The translations under genes and the position numbers were made by a program. From the NCBI GenBank assembly GCA_038046545.1, contig JBBSVZ010000005.1:1-57776 (forward strand): a stretch of 57,776 bases of DNA, in the 5' to 3' direction. Source of the DNA: Nanobdellota archaeon. Lineage in GTDB: Archaea > Nanobdellota > Nanobdellia > Woesearchaeales > JBBSVZ01. The stretch's first letter is position 1, and each line of letters opens with the position of its first letter. This document shows, in pieces, positions 33,524-42,903 of this stretch. The notes beneath the pieces are model-generated. The model was not told the DNA's origin. It saw nothing but the letters and a program-made list of their open reading frames with translations, and searched no databases.

Positions 33524-34420
33524 ATGAGTAACCTCGCAAGAGTAGTAACATCTGCAGTTGGATTGGGCCTTGTCAGCCTCAGCGTAGTAGGGTGCAGACA
33601 AAATAACGAAGCGACTATTTTACCAACACCCGTCGTAGAAGCTCCTTCAGACCCAAATTGCACTCCAAAATATGTTTCAGAATCAGGCTCCACAGTCGGG
33701 CCGGTTGCAGAAGAATTCGCTAGAAAATTCCAGACTTTCAACGGTTTTGTCGGCGGCAACTATGTTGATAAATCTGAAACGGGGAAAAATATGCCATTTG
33801 GAAACGCTTATGCAGATGGAAATCTTTCAGGAGACCTTTTTGGGCAGTACATGATTTTAATTCATACTCCTACGAAGCAATCATTAGTCTTTGAGTTCTA
33901 CGGGGGTGTCATCGACGCTGTCTGTAAGAACGGGGGCGGGAACATTTATGCGAGCATTAGCCCTCTAAAAGATGCAGATTCTGAGCGCGTTCTCAAATAC
34001 GCTTTGAAAGCAAATCCAAACGATGTGGTGTTGGGAGTTGGATTGGTAAACTACAAAACATTTAAGGTCACAGAAAGCGGCGTTCCTTCTCACCCTGTAT
34101 CCGTGGATGATATAGTCGATGCTGCGCTCACGATTCCAAACGAGGAATATGAAAAGGCAACGAGATATAGAGAGCAGGAAGGGAGAAGTTACTCAACTGT
34201 TTCGATCGAAGTCGAAGGCCTGAAATTTTATGGATTTTCAGCATCGGAACTCCCAAGCACTCTTTACAGGCCATTTGACAAGGACCCAGCAAATTACATT
34301 GTTGTTGCAACCGATTTCAGCGTCGATTTAACTTCTGTTGTTAACAGAAAGGCTCTCGAGGCGGATAATCAAGCAATTACAAGGAATCTAGAGCGCACTG
34401 AAAACTTTTTTCATGAGTAA
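33524..34420 (+). CDS. Lipoprotein-like secreted protein (hypothetical), paralogue of 34452-35333
   Basis: Lipobox-like LSVVGC. Shared motif NAYADGNLSGDLFGQYMILIHTP. Confidence 0.6.
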   Translation: MSNLARVVTSAVGLGLVSLSVVGCRQNNEATILPTPVVEAPSDPNCTPKYVSESGSTVGPVAEEFARKFQTFNGFVGGNYVDKSETGKNMPFGNAYADGNLSGDLFGQYMILIHTPTKQSLVFEFYGGVIDAVCKNGGGNIYASISPLKDADSERVLKYALKANPNDVVLGVGLVNYKTFKVTESGVPSHPVSVDDIVDAALTIPNEEYEKATRYREQEGRSYSTVSIEVEGLKFYGFSASELPSTLYRPFDKDPANYIVVATDFSVDLTSVVNRKALEADNQAITRNLERTENFFHE

Positions 34421-34451
34421 CTATAAATAAAGCTCAAGAACTCACACGATA

Positions 34452-35333
34452 ATGAGAAGATTATTTCTGCTTGGTGGTACTGGATTAGCAGCAATTGTCA
34501 TGGCGTGCAGCTCCGGAGGAAACAGCAGCTCGCCAACTTCTACTGGACAGCATTCGGATGAATATGATTTTATCTGTAATGACATGTCAAACCCTGATGA
34601 CATCTCCCAAAATATTATCGACACGAAATCGGAGTTTATAACAAATTTCCAAGGCTATGAAGGATTTAGTGAAGAAAATTTTTCTAATTTGAGAGAAAAA
34701 GGACAACGTCTTCCGGCAGGTAATGCTTATCGCGACGAAGATTTGCATGGCGACCTTTACGGTTTGAATATGTTATTTGTGCATTTGCCTTCAAAAACTG
34801 TCGATATAGTTACTTCATATTTTGGGACGATAGATGCATTGTGCTTTAGAGAAGATAATATCCCTTACGTTTTGGTCAACCTTCCTGATGATTTATTGAG
34901 CCAAAAAATAATCCAATATTCTCCAAAATCAGCCCCCCTTTTCGGAAAAATTCAAGTACAAACCTCGGGACCGAGGATGTATCCAATCAACAATAAGACA
35001 ATTGCTGAATCTCCTGTTACAATTGATGAATTAATGGAATCAATCAATAAGATCCCTGATTCGGATTATGCAAAAAAATTCAAGGAGGTTCCAAATTGGC
35101 ACGTGGAAATAAAAGGAATAAATTTCGAAATTGAGTCTGGACTTGCCTATAGTCTACACCCTTTATTCAATCAAGATGGCGATACGGATCCTTCACATTA
35201 TGTAATTGTTTCAGTGCCTTTTAGCATAGACGCCAGCTCAGAACATAACAGTCCGATTTTTAATTCAGTTCAAGACCCGTCGACTATTACAAGGTATCCA
35301 GCGGGCTCCTCACTTTCTTCAGTTCCTCAGTAG
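34452..35333 (+). CDS. Lipoprotein-like secreted protein (hypothetical), paralogue of 33524-34420
   Basis: Lipobox-like AAIVMAC. Motif NAYRDEDLHGDLYGLNMLFVHLP. Confidence 0.6.
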   Translation: MRRLFLLGGTGLAAIVMACSSGGNSSSPTSTGQHSDEYDFICNDMSNPDDISQNIIDTKSEFITNFQGYEGFSEENFSNLREKGQRLPAGNAYRDEDLHGDLYGLNMLFVHLPSKTVDIVTSYFGTIDALCFREDNIPYVLVNLPDDLLSQKIIQYSPKSAPLFGKIQVQTSGPRMYPINNKTIAESPVTIDELMESINKIPDSDYAKKFKEVPNWHVEIKGINFEIESGLAYSLHPLFNQDGDTDPSHYVIVSVPFSIDASSEHNSPIFNSVQDPSTITRYPAGSSLSSVPQ

Positions 35334-36099
35334 AGACTTTAGTGTAAATCTGAGTTGTCTGCAGATTGGAATGGCCTAAAAGCTCCTGTATTTTTCTGAT
35401 ATCGGTGCCGTTTTCCAATAGATGAGTGGCAAAGCTGTGCCTGAGCGTATGTGGAGTTACTCTCTTGCTGATGCCTGCCTTTAAAGCTGTCCTTTTGACC
35501 ATTTTTTGCACGTTTCTTGGTGTCAAAGGCAGACCTGAAGAGTTGATGAAGATATGGCCGCTGGGAGCTTTCTTTTGGCTTACAAATGAAGCAAGCTCTG
35601 CAATCAGGCTGTCGGAAAGAATTAGCAACCTATCTTTCCTGCCTTTGCCTGAACGTACCCATCCGATCTTTTCTTTTGATTCCAAATCCTCGTGCTTTAG
35701 GTGGACTAATTCGGATACTCTCAATCCTGACGAATAAAGCATTTTCAGCATGAGCTTGCTCTTGCCATTTTTTGCTGAGTTGATAAGATTCTTTACTTCA
35801 TCTTTAGACAAAACTGTCGGCAGTTTTTTGCTGATTTTTGCCGTCTTGAAATGAACGACGTTCTTGTTCAAAATTTCGCCGTAATAGAACTTTAGCGCGG
35901 CTTTTATCAGAGCAATTGTGTTCTGCGAAAGCCTTTTCTTAATCAGCGAACCGATGAATCGCTTTACATCATCTTCAGAAATGTCTTTTGGCTCTTTTTT
36001 TATCCACTTCAGGAACCGTGCATTGTGGGAAAGGTAAGCCTTTGCAGTGTGTTCTGATACGCCTCTCAACTGCAATTCTGTTTCTAAATCTTCAAGCAT
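35287..36099 (-). CDS. xerA: Tyrosine recombinase, XerA (XerC/D-like)
   Basis: N-terminal SAM-like domain. C-terminal motifs SGLRVSEL, RHSFATHLLENGTDIRKIQELLGHSNLQTTQIYT. Confidence 0.85.
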   Translation of the reverse strand: MLEDLETELQLRGVSEHTAKAYLSHNARFLKWIKKEPKDISEDDVKRFIGSLIKKRLSQNTIALIKAALKFYYGEILNKNVVHFKTAKISKKLPTVLSKDEVKNLINSAKNGKSKLMLKMLYSSGLRVSELVHLKHEDLESKEKIGWVRSGKGRKDRLLILSDSLIAELASFVSQKKAPSGHIFINSSGLPLTPRNVQKMVKRTALKAGISKRVTPHTLRHSFATHLLENGTDIRKIQELLGHSNLQTTQIYTKVSTEELKKVRSPLDTL

Positions 36100-36141
36100 A
36101 GAAAACGATATTATGCGAACACTTGCTTAAATAGGTATTGT

Positions 36142-36495
36142 TTATGCTCGGCTATTTCCTTGGTCTAAAAAATCCATTGCAAATCTGGTTAAGTTTATGT
36201 AAAGATCATTAGTTGCCGCGATTCCTTCTAATGAATGATCTTTCACGCTAAGTTTTAAATTAACACTTGATTTTCCTTTTCCAATAATAGTTGCAGTTTC
36301 ACCATAGGTAATATTGAATTCTGAAGCTTGTGATTGCCCTTTAACCGAAGCGCGATATCCATCTAATAGACTTCTTGGGTGAGTAGTATGTCTAATTTGT
36401 TCGGCCATCAAATAATCACTTAATTCAGTGGTGAATCTGGTACGATCTTCACGTGTAGAAACGTGAGTCGATTCAATTTTAAAATTATATTCCAT
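36142..36495 (-). CDS. Hypothetical protein (117 aa)
   Basis: ORF with a TATA-like element upstream. No motif recognised. Confidence 0.45.
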   Translation of the reverse strand: MEYNFKIESTHVSTREDRTRFTTELSDYLMAEQIRHTTHPRSLLDGYRASVKGQSQASEFNITYGETATIIGKGKSSVNLKLSVKDHSLEGIAATNDLYINLTRFAMDFLDQGNSRA

Positions 36496-36555
36496 TTTAA
36501 TGTAGCTAATTTAATGATATTTATAAATCTTTTTATTTTTGTTACTTGATGGTAA

Positions 36556-36996
36556 TTACAAGAACTCGTCCTTATCAGCTTCTTCGGGATCAAATAAATC
36601 TGGATCCAATTCGGCTTCCCCATCGTGGTACTCATAACGTGTTCCGCCCTCAACAACTTTAAGGGTGACGTGCTGCGAGAGTTTTATGAGAATTTTTTTC
36701 AGATAATCGAGCGCTGCGCCAGTCGCATCAGCACTGCCAGAAAGCTTTTCGTCAGGGCCAGGATAATAAAATTTGACACCATAAACATCAAGATAATATT
36801 CGTCACCATCTTTTTCGAGCTTTAATCTGTTGGAATTAGCCATGATAGTTATGTCGTGCTTTATCCGACGTCCAACTTCCTTTGCTACAGCGTGCTCCTC
36901 AGAAAGGCTCTTGTGTTTCATCTCTTCCAAGAGCTTTGCTTTATCCTCTTCAGAGAAATCGTTGACATCAACCTGCTTCCATGCGATCTTGACCAT
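36556..36996 (-). CDS. Hypothetical acidic protein (146 aa)
   Basis: ORF with the TATA CCTTAAATAT 20-29 nt upstream of the ATG. Acidic C-terminal tail. Confidence 0.5.
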   Translation of the reverse strand: MVKIAWKQVDVNDFSEEDKAKLLEEMKHKSLSEEHAVAKEVGRRIKHDITIMANSNRLKLEKDGDEYYLDVYGVKFYYPGPDEKLSGSADATGAALDYLKKILIKLSQHVTLKVVEGGTRYEYHDGEAELDPDLFDPEEADKDEFL

Positions 36997-37029
36997 GGTT
37001 TATTCTAAGGAGGGAGAGATATTTAAGGT

Positions 37030-37422
37030 TTATTGCTTTCTAGAATCAGTTATATCATCAATGCTTGAATAACTTCGTTTATTCTCATTTCTTAGAGATA
37101 TCGCATTAGTGATGGCTGGGATGGCAATTATCCACGCTTTATCATCCAAATCTGAGATTGCACCATAAGCAATTCCTAGTTCAACATAAATTGCAGCAAT
37201 TCCACAAACGGTTCCAGAAACTTTACCAATTATCCGATAATAAGCCGATTCTGCTGAATTAGGCAAGGAAACCTTTTCGCTTTGTTCTTTATTTTTCTTG
37301 ATGCCATCATAAGTTTCCCGGACTACTGAAGGAAAGCGGAAAGGTAATGTCGCCAAATATGCTGAGCTCTTGAAAAAGTATTTCGGAAACTCTAGGTGGG
37401 GATCATTTATTTTTTCTGTCAT
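37030..37422 (-). CDS. Hypothetical membrane protein (130 aa)
   Basis: Two hydrophobic segments (GTVCGIAAIYVELGIAYGAI and WIIAIPAITNAI). Confidence 0.45.
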   Translation of the reverse strand: MTEKINDPHLEFPKYFFKSSAYLATLPFRFPSVVRETYDGIKKNKEQSEKVSLPNSAESAYYRIIGKVSGTVCGIAAIYVELGIAYGAISDLDDKAWIIAIPAITNAISLRNENKRSYSSIDDITDSRKQ

Positions 37423-37551
37423 GGGGCTGGGTAATTATCTAAAATTTATCAATTTTATCCAACTGCTGAAAATTGAACTTTTCTGAAAATGGTATAATGT
37501 GCTTTTTAGTATTCTAATATACTAATAACTATCATCAAATCACGTTTTTAG

Positions 37552-37575
37552 TTCGCATAATGTATATTATGCGAA
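37552..37575. promoter_or_regulatory. Perfect 24-nt palindrome TTCGCATAAT-GTAT-ATTATGCGAA
   Basis: Read directly from the sequence, in the spacer between two ORFan genes. The half-site ATTATGCGAA recurs at 36110-36119, between the xerA TATA and ATG. Confidence 0.35.
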
Positions 37576-37618
37576 TGTTAGCTAATCCTGAAGAAAAAAT
37601 AGTGTATTGAAAATATAT

Positions 37619-38392
37619 TTACATAAATATGGTTCTGTCCATATGGAACAGCATTTCATCCCTGCGCTTAAAGCTTTCCATCCTGACTGCTTTAGCAGCC
37701 TCATCATGGATTCTGTCAACAACAGCTTCGCTATTGGGCTCTAAATTCTTGTAGATGGGTCTGCTAACGCACAAATATCGAGCAATTTTGGCAGGATAAA
37801 AAGCATAGAGTGATGTTCCTAAAGCAACATCCTCATCAACTCCTTGTGTGCGAAGCAAGTAATAAAGGCCTACAGTTGCAGCTCCAAATGCAGTTCCAAT
37901 AGCCCTTCCAAATAACGAACCCTCAATTAGCTTATATTCAAGATATCTGCCCATAAAAGCAGTATCAGTTTCATTTCCTTCTTTTAAAGTATCATAGCCA
38001 ACTATGTAATTCGGAACTTGCATTGGCATCCCCAAATGATTTCTTGCACCAAACACGGCAAGAAATTCGTGAGTTGTTGAATAAGCTGCAACAGTCCAGG
38101 CTAATCGATAGGCTTCGCCCATAATGCCGTTGATCACATTAAATTTAAGGAAATTCTTTTCACTTTTGCTGTGAGGGTCCAATATGTGTATGATGTCTTC
38201 AAGAGAAGGTTTTGCCACGGGGTGAGTTATTGCTTTTTTTATAGTCGATATTCCTGATTTGATCTTTTCTGCCAAGGTTGAATTTTCTGTTTGTGTTCTC
38301 CTCAAATTTCCCAAACGTCTTCTTGAATAAGCGTCGTCAAGCAGAGTTTGGCCTAAAGAGTCCTGCAAGAACGCAGCATGATTAAGAGTCAT
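37619..38392 (-). CDS. Hypothetical protein (257 aa), partly hydrophobic
   Basis: ORF with the TATA CTTATAAAAC upstream. No motif recognised. Confidence 0.5.
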   Translation of the reverse strand: MTLNHAAFLQDSLGQTLLDDAYSRRRLGNLRRTQTENSTLAEKIKSGISTIKKAITHPVAKPSLEDIIHILDPHSKSEKNFLKFNVINGIMGEAYRLAWTVAAYSTTHEFLAVFGARNHLGMPMQVPNYIVGYDTLKEGNETDTAFMGRYLEYKLIEGSLFGRAIGTAFGAATVGLYYLLRTQGVDEDVALGTSLYAFYPAKIARYLCVSRPIYKNLEPNSEAVVDRIHDEAAKAVRMESFKRRDEMLFHMDRTIFM

Positions 38393-38428
38393 AAACTTAT
38401 AAAACGTAGAGATTATAAAATTATTTTG

Positions 38429-38749
38429 CTAATCAGAATTTACCTGTTCATAAATCTCGTGCCAGAGACCGTCGACAACTTTGTGCTGCTCTTTAAACGG
38501 CTTTGCTGCAGTATTAATTTTTGCTTCCTCTATTCTGTCAAATAAAATTGCACCGGAAAAAGGTGATTCATTGTGCAAAGCAAGTTGGACCCATGATGAT
38601 AATGTGGAAGGTGGATTTTGCAAATTCTCGTGCCAGGACCTTGCTATGCCTAGCTTTTCTGAGAGGTAGTTCTGCATATTCTCGAAAGCTTCGCTCACGT
38701 CTGGGTGGAGCTGACTATCATTTTTAAATTCAACCATATTGGTATACAT
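38429..38749 (-). CDS. Hypothetical protein (106 aa)
   Basis: ORF at the head of the minus-strand ORFan string. Confidence 0.45.
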   Translation of the reverse strand: MYTNMVEFKNDSQLHPDVSEAFENMQNYLSEKLGIARSWHENLQNPPSTLSSWVQLALHNESPFSGAILFDRIEEAKINTAAKPFKEQHKVVDGLWHEIYEQVNSD

Positions 38750-39187
38750 AAGAGGCTACTAATATTTAAATTTATCTATTAGTTTTTTGATGAATTGATT
38801 AATTTCCTTATTGAAAATAATCGATTATTGGGTTTGAAAAACCTGTAATTTAGATTAAATATTTTAGTTTATACTTATATTATTGTGCTCTTTATGGGAT
38901 TAAATATTTTAATTAATTATCATAATATTTATTATGTTATCTAATTACTATTTTAATAAGAGTATTCTGGAAAAATATTATTGTTTTGAATGTATGTGAA
39001 AAATTATGATGTAAAATATATGTTGAAAGAAAGATTAATTGCTAGATTGAGTGTTTGAAATCATCCTTTACAATGAAAAAGTGAGTTTTTGATTACCAAA
39101 TTGAATACTTTCTTTGAAGGTTAGCGTTATTTGGATCTTAGACATTCTTCAAAAGTAGGGGATATTTGCTATTCGTTAATACGAAAA

Positions 39188-39228
39188 GTTAGGCACTATC
39201 TGGTGGTATGGTGTAAAAGTGAGTGTTG
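39188..39228 (+). repeat. Right arm of the 41-nt imperfect inverted repeat
   Basis: GTTAGGCACTATCTGGTGGTATGGTGTAAAAGTGAGTGTTG, compared with the reverse complement of 32882-32922. Confidence 0.55.
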
Positions 39229-40662
39229 CTAAGGCAATATCCCGCTTTCAGCCACTATATCCCAGTATTCAACCCCAAAATGAAATGGATCGTCAAAAAA
39301 TTGCTTTAAAACAGCGCCTGATTCGGGCGTTATTCGAAAATCTGAGGCGCAATAAAGCTGTTGCTCTGGCTGGCCCATCACCCCCCAAAAAATGGCGCCA
39401 TGGACTCGTCCTTCATTCGCTAACTTCGAAAAAACAGTAGCTGTTGTCCTGTAATAATTCATTTGCTCGTCGGTGAATGAAGGAATTGTTTCGACCAAAC
39501 CACCCGGAAATAAACAGCCAAAGGGATAAGCAGAATTGCTATTGTTCGAGCCTGTCTCAGTTAAAAGTGAGTATTGTTTTCCAGTGAATATTGTACTAAG
39601 AGTTTGTTGGAATGGACTTGGAATAAAACTTCCAGTGCTTTGCTCGAATTCTGCTCCTGTAAACTGCCTTATCGCTGAGGCCTGATCAAATGGAGTCGTA
39701 TCGCCTCTTCTGGCAGCTAATTGATTCCTTGCAGGACTATATGAGTTAGTCCCATTCACAAATAGCCCAAAATCCTGAGTGTCGTCGAAATTTGGCTGAT
39801 AGGTCATAACTCCATCGTAGCTATGCTCTAATTCCTTGAGCAAACCTGCAAATTCTGGCCTTTGCTGGGCAACCCTCATCTCATCAAACATGACCAACAA
39901 AGGAACGTTATTTGCATGGGCAAAATTCACATAATCCATCCCCGTATTTTTCAAATTCCGTAGCCATTCAGCCCATTCCGCTTCTCCAAAATATTCTCCG
40001 ATAGAAGCTCGCCAATTCGTTCCAAGGCGGGCAGATTCGGCTGCGGTCGGGTCAATCTGAATTCTTATTCCGGGAACCAAACCATGCTCCCGAGCTTTAC
40101 CTACTGCATATTGCAGGGAGTTGTCTGCCGGTCCGGTTTTGAAAAACTGAGTCCCTTCATTCTCAACAGTCGTCAAAAAAACAACCGTGTTTGCATGGTA
40201 ATCATCCCTTATCTTATCGAGCATCGTATCCAGGTCAACAGTTGTATATGCTTCGGGAGCCCAACCTAGAACATAAACACCTCTAACAAATGCATTTGTG
40301 TGCACCATTAAATGGTCCCAAGCTAATTCTTCTTTGATGTTAGGGTCGGTGTATCCTCTAAGAAGTTCCTGTTCTAATTCACTTATCCTGCTGTAATAAT
40401 AATTTAATCCTGTGTTGTATTCAGGCAAATTTCCAAAAAGTTGATCTAGTCTTGTAGAATAAGGGTGAGGAGTTGGTTTAGGTGTTGGCGAAGCTGTGAT
40501 AAGAGGCGTTTGGCTAGACGGAATGTTAACTGTTGAAATACCATTGTTCGACTGTCCTAAGACGTTATCTAGCTGAGTGTAAACTTGCAATCCAAGAAAA
40601 GTTGAACTTGCACCTATCAATCCTGCAACAACTCCTGCTCCTACCAACTTTTTTATATTCAT
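39229..40662 (-). CDS. Secreted/anchored protein with a Pro/Thr linker and a putative TIM-barrel glycoside-hydrolase-like domain (tentative)
   Basis: N-terminal TM, a TPLITASPTPKPTPHP linker, then alternating beta/alpha pattern. 4-nt overlap with the upstream GT2 gene. Confidence 0.35.
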   Translation of the reverse strand: MNIKKLVGAGVVAGLIGASSTFLGLQVYTQLDNVLGQSNNGISTVNIPSSQTPLITASPTPKPTPHPYSTRLDQLFGNLPEYNTGLNYYYSRISELEQELLRGYTDPNIKEELAWDHLMVHTNAFVRGVYVLGWAPEAYTTVDLDTMLDKIRDDYHANTVVFLTTVENEGTQFFKTGPADNSLQYAVGKAREHGLVPGIRIQIDPTAAESARLGTNWRASIGEYFGEAEWAEWLRNLKNTGMDYVNFAHANNVPLLVMFDEMRVAQQRPEFAGLLKELEHSYDGVMTYQPNFDDTQDFGLFVNGTNSYSPARNQLAARRGDTTPFDQASAIRQFTGAEFEQSTGSFIPSPFQQTLSTIFTGKQYSLLTETGSNNSNSAYPFGCLFPGGLVETIPSFTDEQMNYYRTTATVFSKLANEGRVHGAIFWGVMGQPEQQLYCASDFRITPESGAVLKQFFDDPFHFGVEYWDIVAESGILP

Positions 40663-42803
40663 CTACCCGCCACCGAGGATTGAGTTATTAATTCTGGGGC
40701 AATCTGTTCAACCAAAGGAATACCCTTGTGAGCAGTCACGCTCCAACCAAAATTGTTGTCAAGAATCTTCATCGCAGCTGCGGTCGGAGGCACACCCTGG
40801 AGGAACCAGTAAGCAACCTGAGTCGGAGCCATCAACCCCATCTGAATTTTTTTATTGAAGTCTATATTATAGCCTGCTTTTTTCGCTGAATAAATTGCGC
40901 CGTCAAGTGCGCAACCAATTTGTACGGCACCAGCCCCAGTCGTAAAAACACTTGGATAAAGTACCCAACCGGGAACCTGCCAGTCAGTCATCAAGTCAAT
41001 TCCCAATGATGCTACTGCCATGGGCATAATGGCCATGTTAATTGAGCTGTAAGTGGGAGAATAAAGCAGGAGATAGCTCATTTTCAGTTTGTCTGTTAAA
41101 TTAAAATTATTAGACTTCCAAACGCTTAAGATACTCTGCCCGAATCCATAAGCCCATCTTCTTCTTTGAGCTAACCATCCGCCATTCCAATTCCTTAGGC
41201 GCTGTGAAAGGTCACCTTCGACACCAAACATGTCAGTGGGTGCTTCTTCAAGTGTATGAGTTTTAACAAGTCCAACTTTAGAGTGGTTAGCGGATAATAT
41301 CATCCCGGCCATCGCATCTTCAGTTTGGTTATAAGGATCTAAAATCCCAATTGAGTAAAAAGAATCCCTTGCCAGGGCATATGAAGTTCCTGATAACGTC
41401 AATGGAAACCCTGCTGCAACTGTGTCAGGGGCAAGTCTCCTGAAAAGAACAGAATAATCGGCGGCTGCATGGAATCCCAAAAAGCTGAAAGGATTCTTGG
41501 CAAAAAGCAGCCTTCCCTGCACTGCATCATATTTTTCGTGATTAATTGACCAATTGAATTTTCTAAACGCGTCTTTTTCAACTATAGTATCCTCCGCATC
41601 CAGAATTGTAATAAGAGTTTTTTTTCCGTCGGGTTGTGTTCTCGATTTTTTTCCATTTAGAGCAACCATGGCATAATCAATGTCGCCCGGCTTCATCCTT
41701 GGGGGAAGCTCCCCTTTGCTGAGTTTTTCAACCCATCCCATGTCAAGCTTTCTATCTGACGATGCAAGAAAATCAAAATAATTGTCCCAGGGCGTTTTTG
41801 GATGCTTCCAGCCTTTTTTCCATTCAACGTTATAGCCCTCTTTTTCAGCTGCATGCAACATTTGTGTTATGGCTCTTGTTGAAACCTGCTTGCCTCGGTA
41901 GCTATCTTTTCTCAACTTGTCATCAATAACTTGAGCAACTTCCTTGTTAGTCAGTCTTCTTAATCTTCCCTTTTCCTTATCAAAATAAGTTGTGTGATAA
42001 AGATTAACTACATCCTCTAATCCTGTTCCTGTATTTTGAGGCAAAGTCATTCCTCCTTCAGAAGCACGGTAAAATGCTGATGCTAAAGTGTTATAGGAAG
42101 CAACTTTTCTGCCGTCTCCGAAAAAATTCAGTGCATTTATCATCCTGCTTGTGCTTTCCTCATCAGCAATCTTTTCAAGAACAGAGTCTAAACTTTTTGT
42201 TGAGATACCCAGCGAACGGGAGTTGTCTTCTTTTCTGCCGCTAAACTTCCCGATGAATCTCTTGAATGGGCCGGGATTATTCTGCTTGTTCAAAAATTTG
42301 CTGACTTCTGGATTTATCCGTCCATAAAGCGAGTTCTCGTATCCCGGAACGTGGATGTGCATGACATCTTGATATGAGCGAGCAAGCATTTCTGCCGCAA
42401 TATACGTTCCTGATCTTTGCTTACCCTCGAAATGCTTCGATCTGGCTTTGTCCTTCGAGGACGTCACAAGAACAATTTTCTTATTTGAATATTCCTGCTC
42501 TCTCGAAGACCTAACAACCTCAGCGAGCACTTCATCTGGTTCATCAAAAGCGGGAATATAAACCTGTATCTCTGGCTCCTTTTTTTGAAAATCTGTTATG
42601 AACTCATCGTATCTCTCATCTGAATAATTATCGTCAATGTAAATCCTCTTTTCTTTTCCTAATGCTTTTTTTATACCGTGCAGGCCCATCATGGCGTACA
42701 TTCTAGTGGAATGCGGTACAGTGAGAACTACCATTGAACCGACAATAGTGCCCCAATTTTCAGCAACGGCGTGCTGGGTTTGTTCGAGTATGTCCTCTAA
42801 CAT
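40659..42803 (-). CDS. Processive family-2 glycosyltransferase (cellulose/chitin/hyaluronan-synthase-like) with a large internal insertion
   Basis: GT-A start VYIPAFDEP, DxD-type ILDAED, the TED motif (QTEDAMAG) and Q-x-x-R-W (QRRRW). C-terminal TM helices. About 280 aa lie between the first strand and the DAED. Confidence 0.75.
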   Translation of the reverse strand: MLEDILEQTQHAVAENWGTIVGSMVVLTVPHSTRMYAMMGLHGIKKALGKEKRIYIDDNYSDERYDEFITDFQKKEPEIQVYIPAFDEPDEVLAEVVRSSREQEYSNKKIVLVTSSKDKARSKHFEGKQRSGTYIAAEMLARSYQDVMHIHVPGYENSLYGRINPEVSKFLNKQNNPGPFKRFIGKFSGRKEDNSRSLGISTKSLDSVLEKIADEESTSRMINALNFFGDGRKVASYNTLASAFYRASEGGMTLPQNTGTGLEDVVNLYHTTYFDKEKGRLRRLTNKEVAQVIDDKLRKDSYRGKQVSTRAITQMLHAAEKEGYNVEWKKGWKHPKTPWDNYFDFLASSDRKLDMGWVEKLSKGELPPRMKPGDIDYAMVALNGKKSRTQPDGKKTLITILDAEDTIVEKDAFRKFNWSINHEKYDAVQGRLLFAKNPFSFLGFHAAADYSVLFRRLAPDTVAAGFPLTLSGTSYALARDSFYSIGILDPYNQTEDAMAGMILSANHSKVGLVKTHTLEEAPTDMFGVEGDLSQRLRNWNGGWLAQRRRWAYGFGQSILSVWKSNNFNLTDKLKMSYLLLYSPTYSSINMAIMPMAVASLGIDLMTDWQVPGWVLYPSVFTTGAGAVQIGCALDGAIYSAKKAGYNIDFNKKIQMGLMAPTQVAYWFLQGVPPTAAAMKILDNNFGWSVTAHKGIPLVEQIAPELITQSSVAGR

Positions 42804-42826
42804 GAAACGAAGAGATAACTCAGTAG

Positions 42827-42837
42827 CTTAAATATTT
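42827..42837 (-). promoter_or_regulatory. TATA box (CTTAAATATTT) for the GT2 operon
   Basis: Lies 24-34 nt upstream of the ATG at 42803. Confidence 0.4.
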
Positions 42838-42903
42838 AACTACTAACTAATAGTGAACTTATGTTTATTATTTACTTATAAGTAAAAAAATATTTAAACG
42901 ACT

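Noticed and set aside
32768-39240. CRISPR array in the AT-rich repeat-containing spacers
   Set aside because: The repeats are few, of unequal length, and both direct and inverted. There is no regular repeat-spacer periodicity, and there are no cas genes in the window.
39219-39440. 73-aa GTG-start ORF beginning in the right inverted-repeat arm
   Set aside because: It is antisense to the 3' end of the 477-aa gene 39229-40662 and has no independent support.
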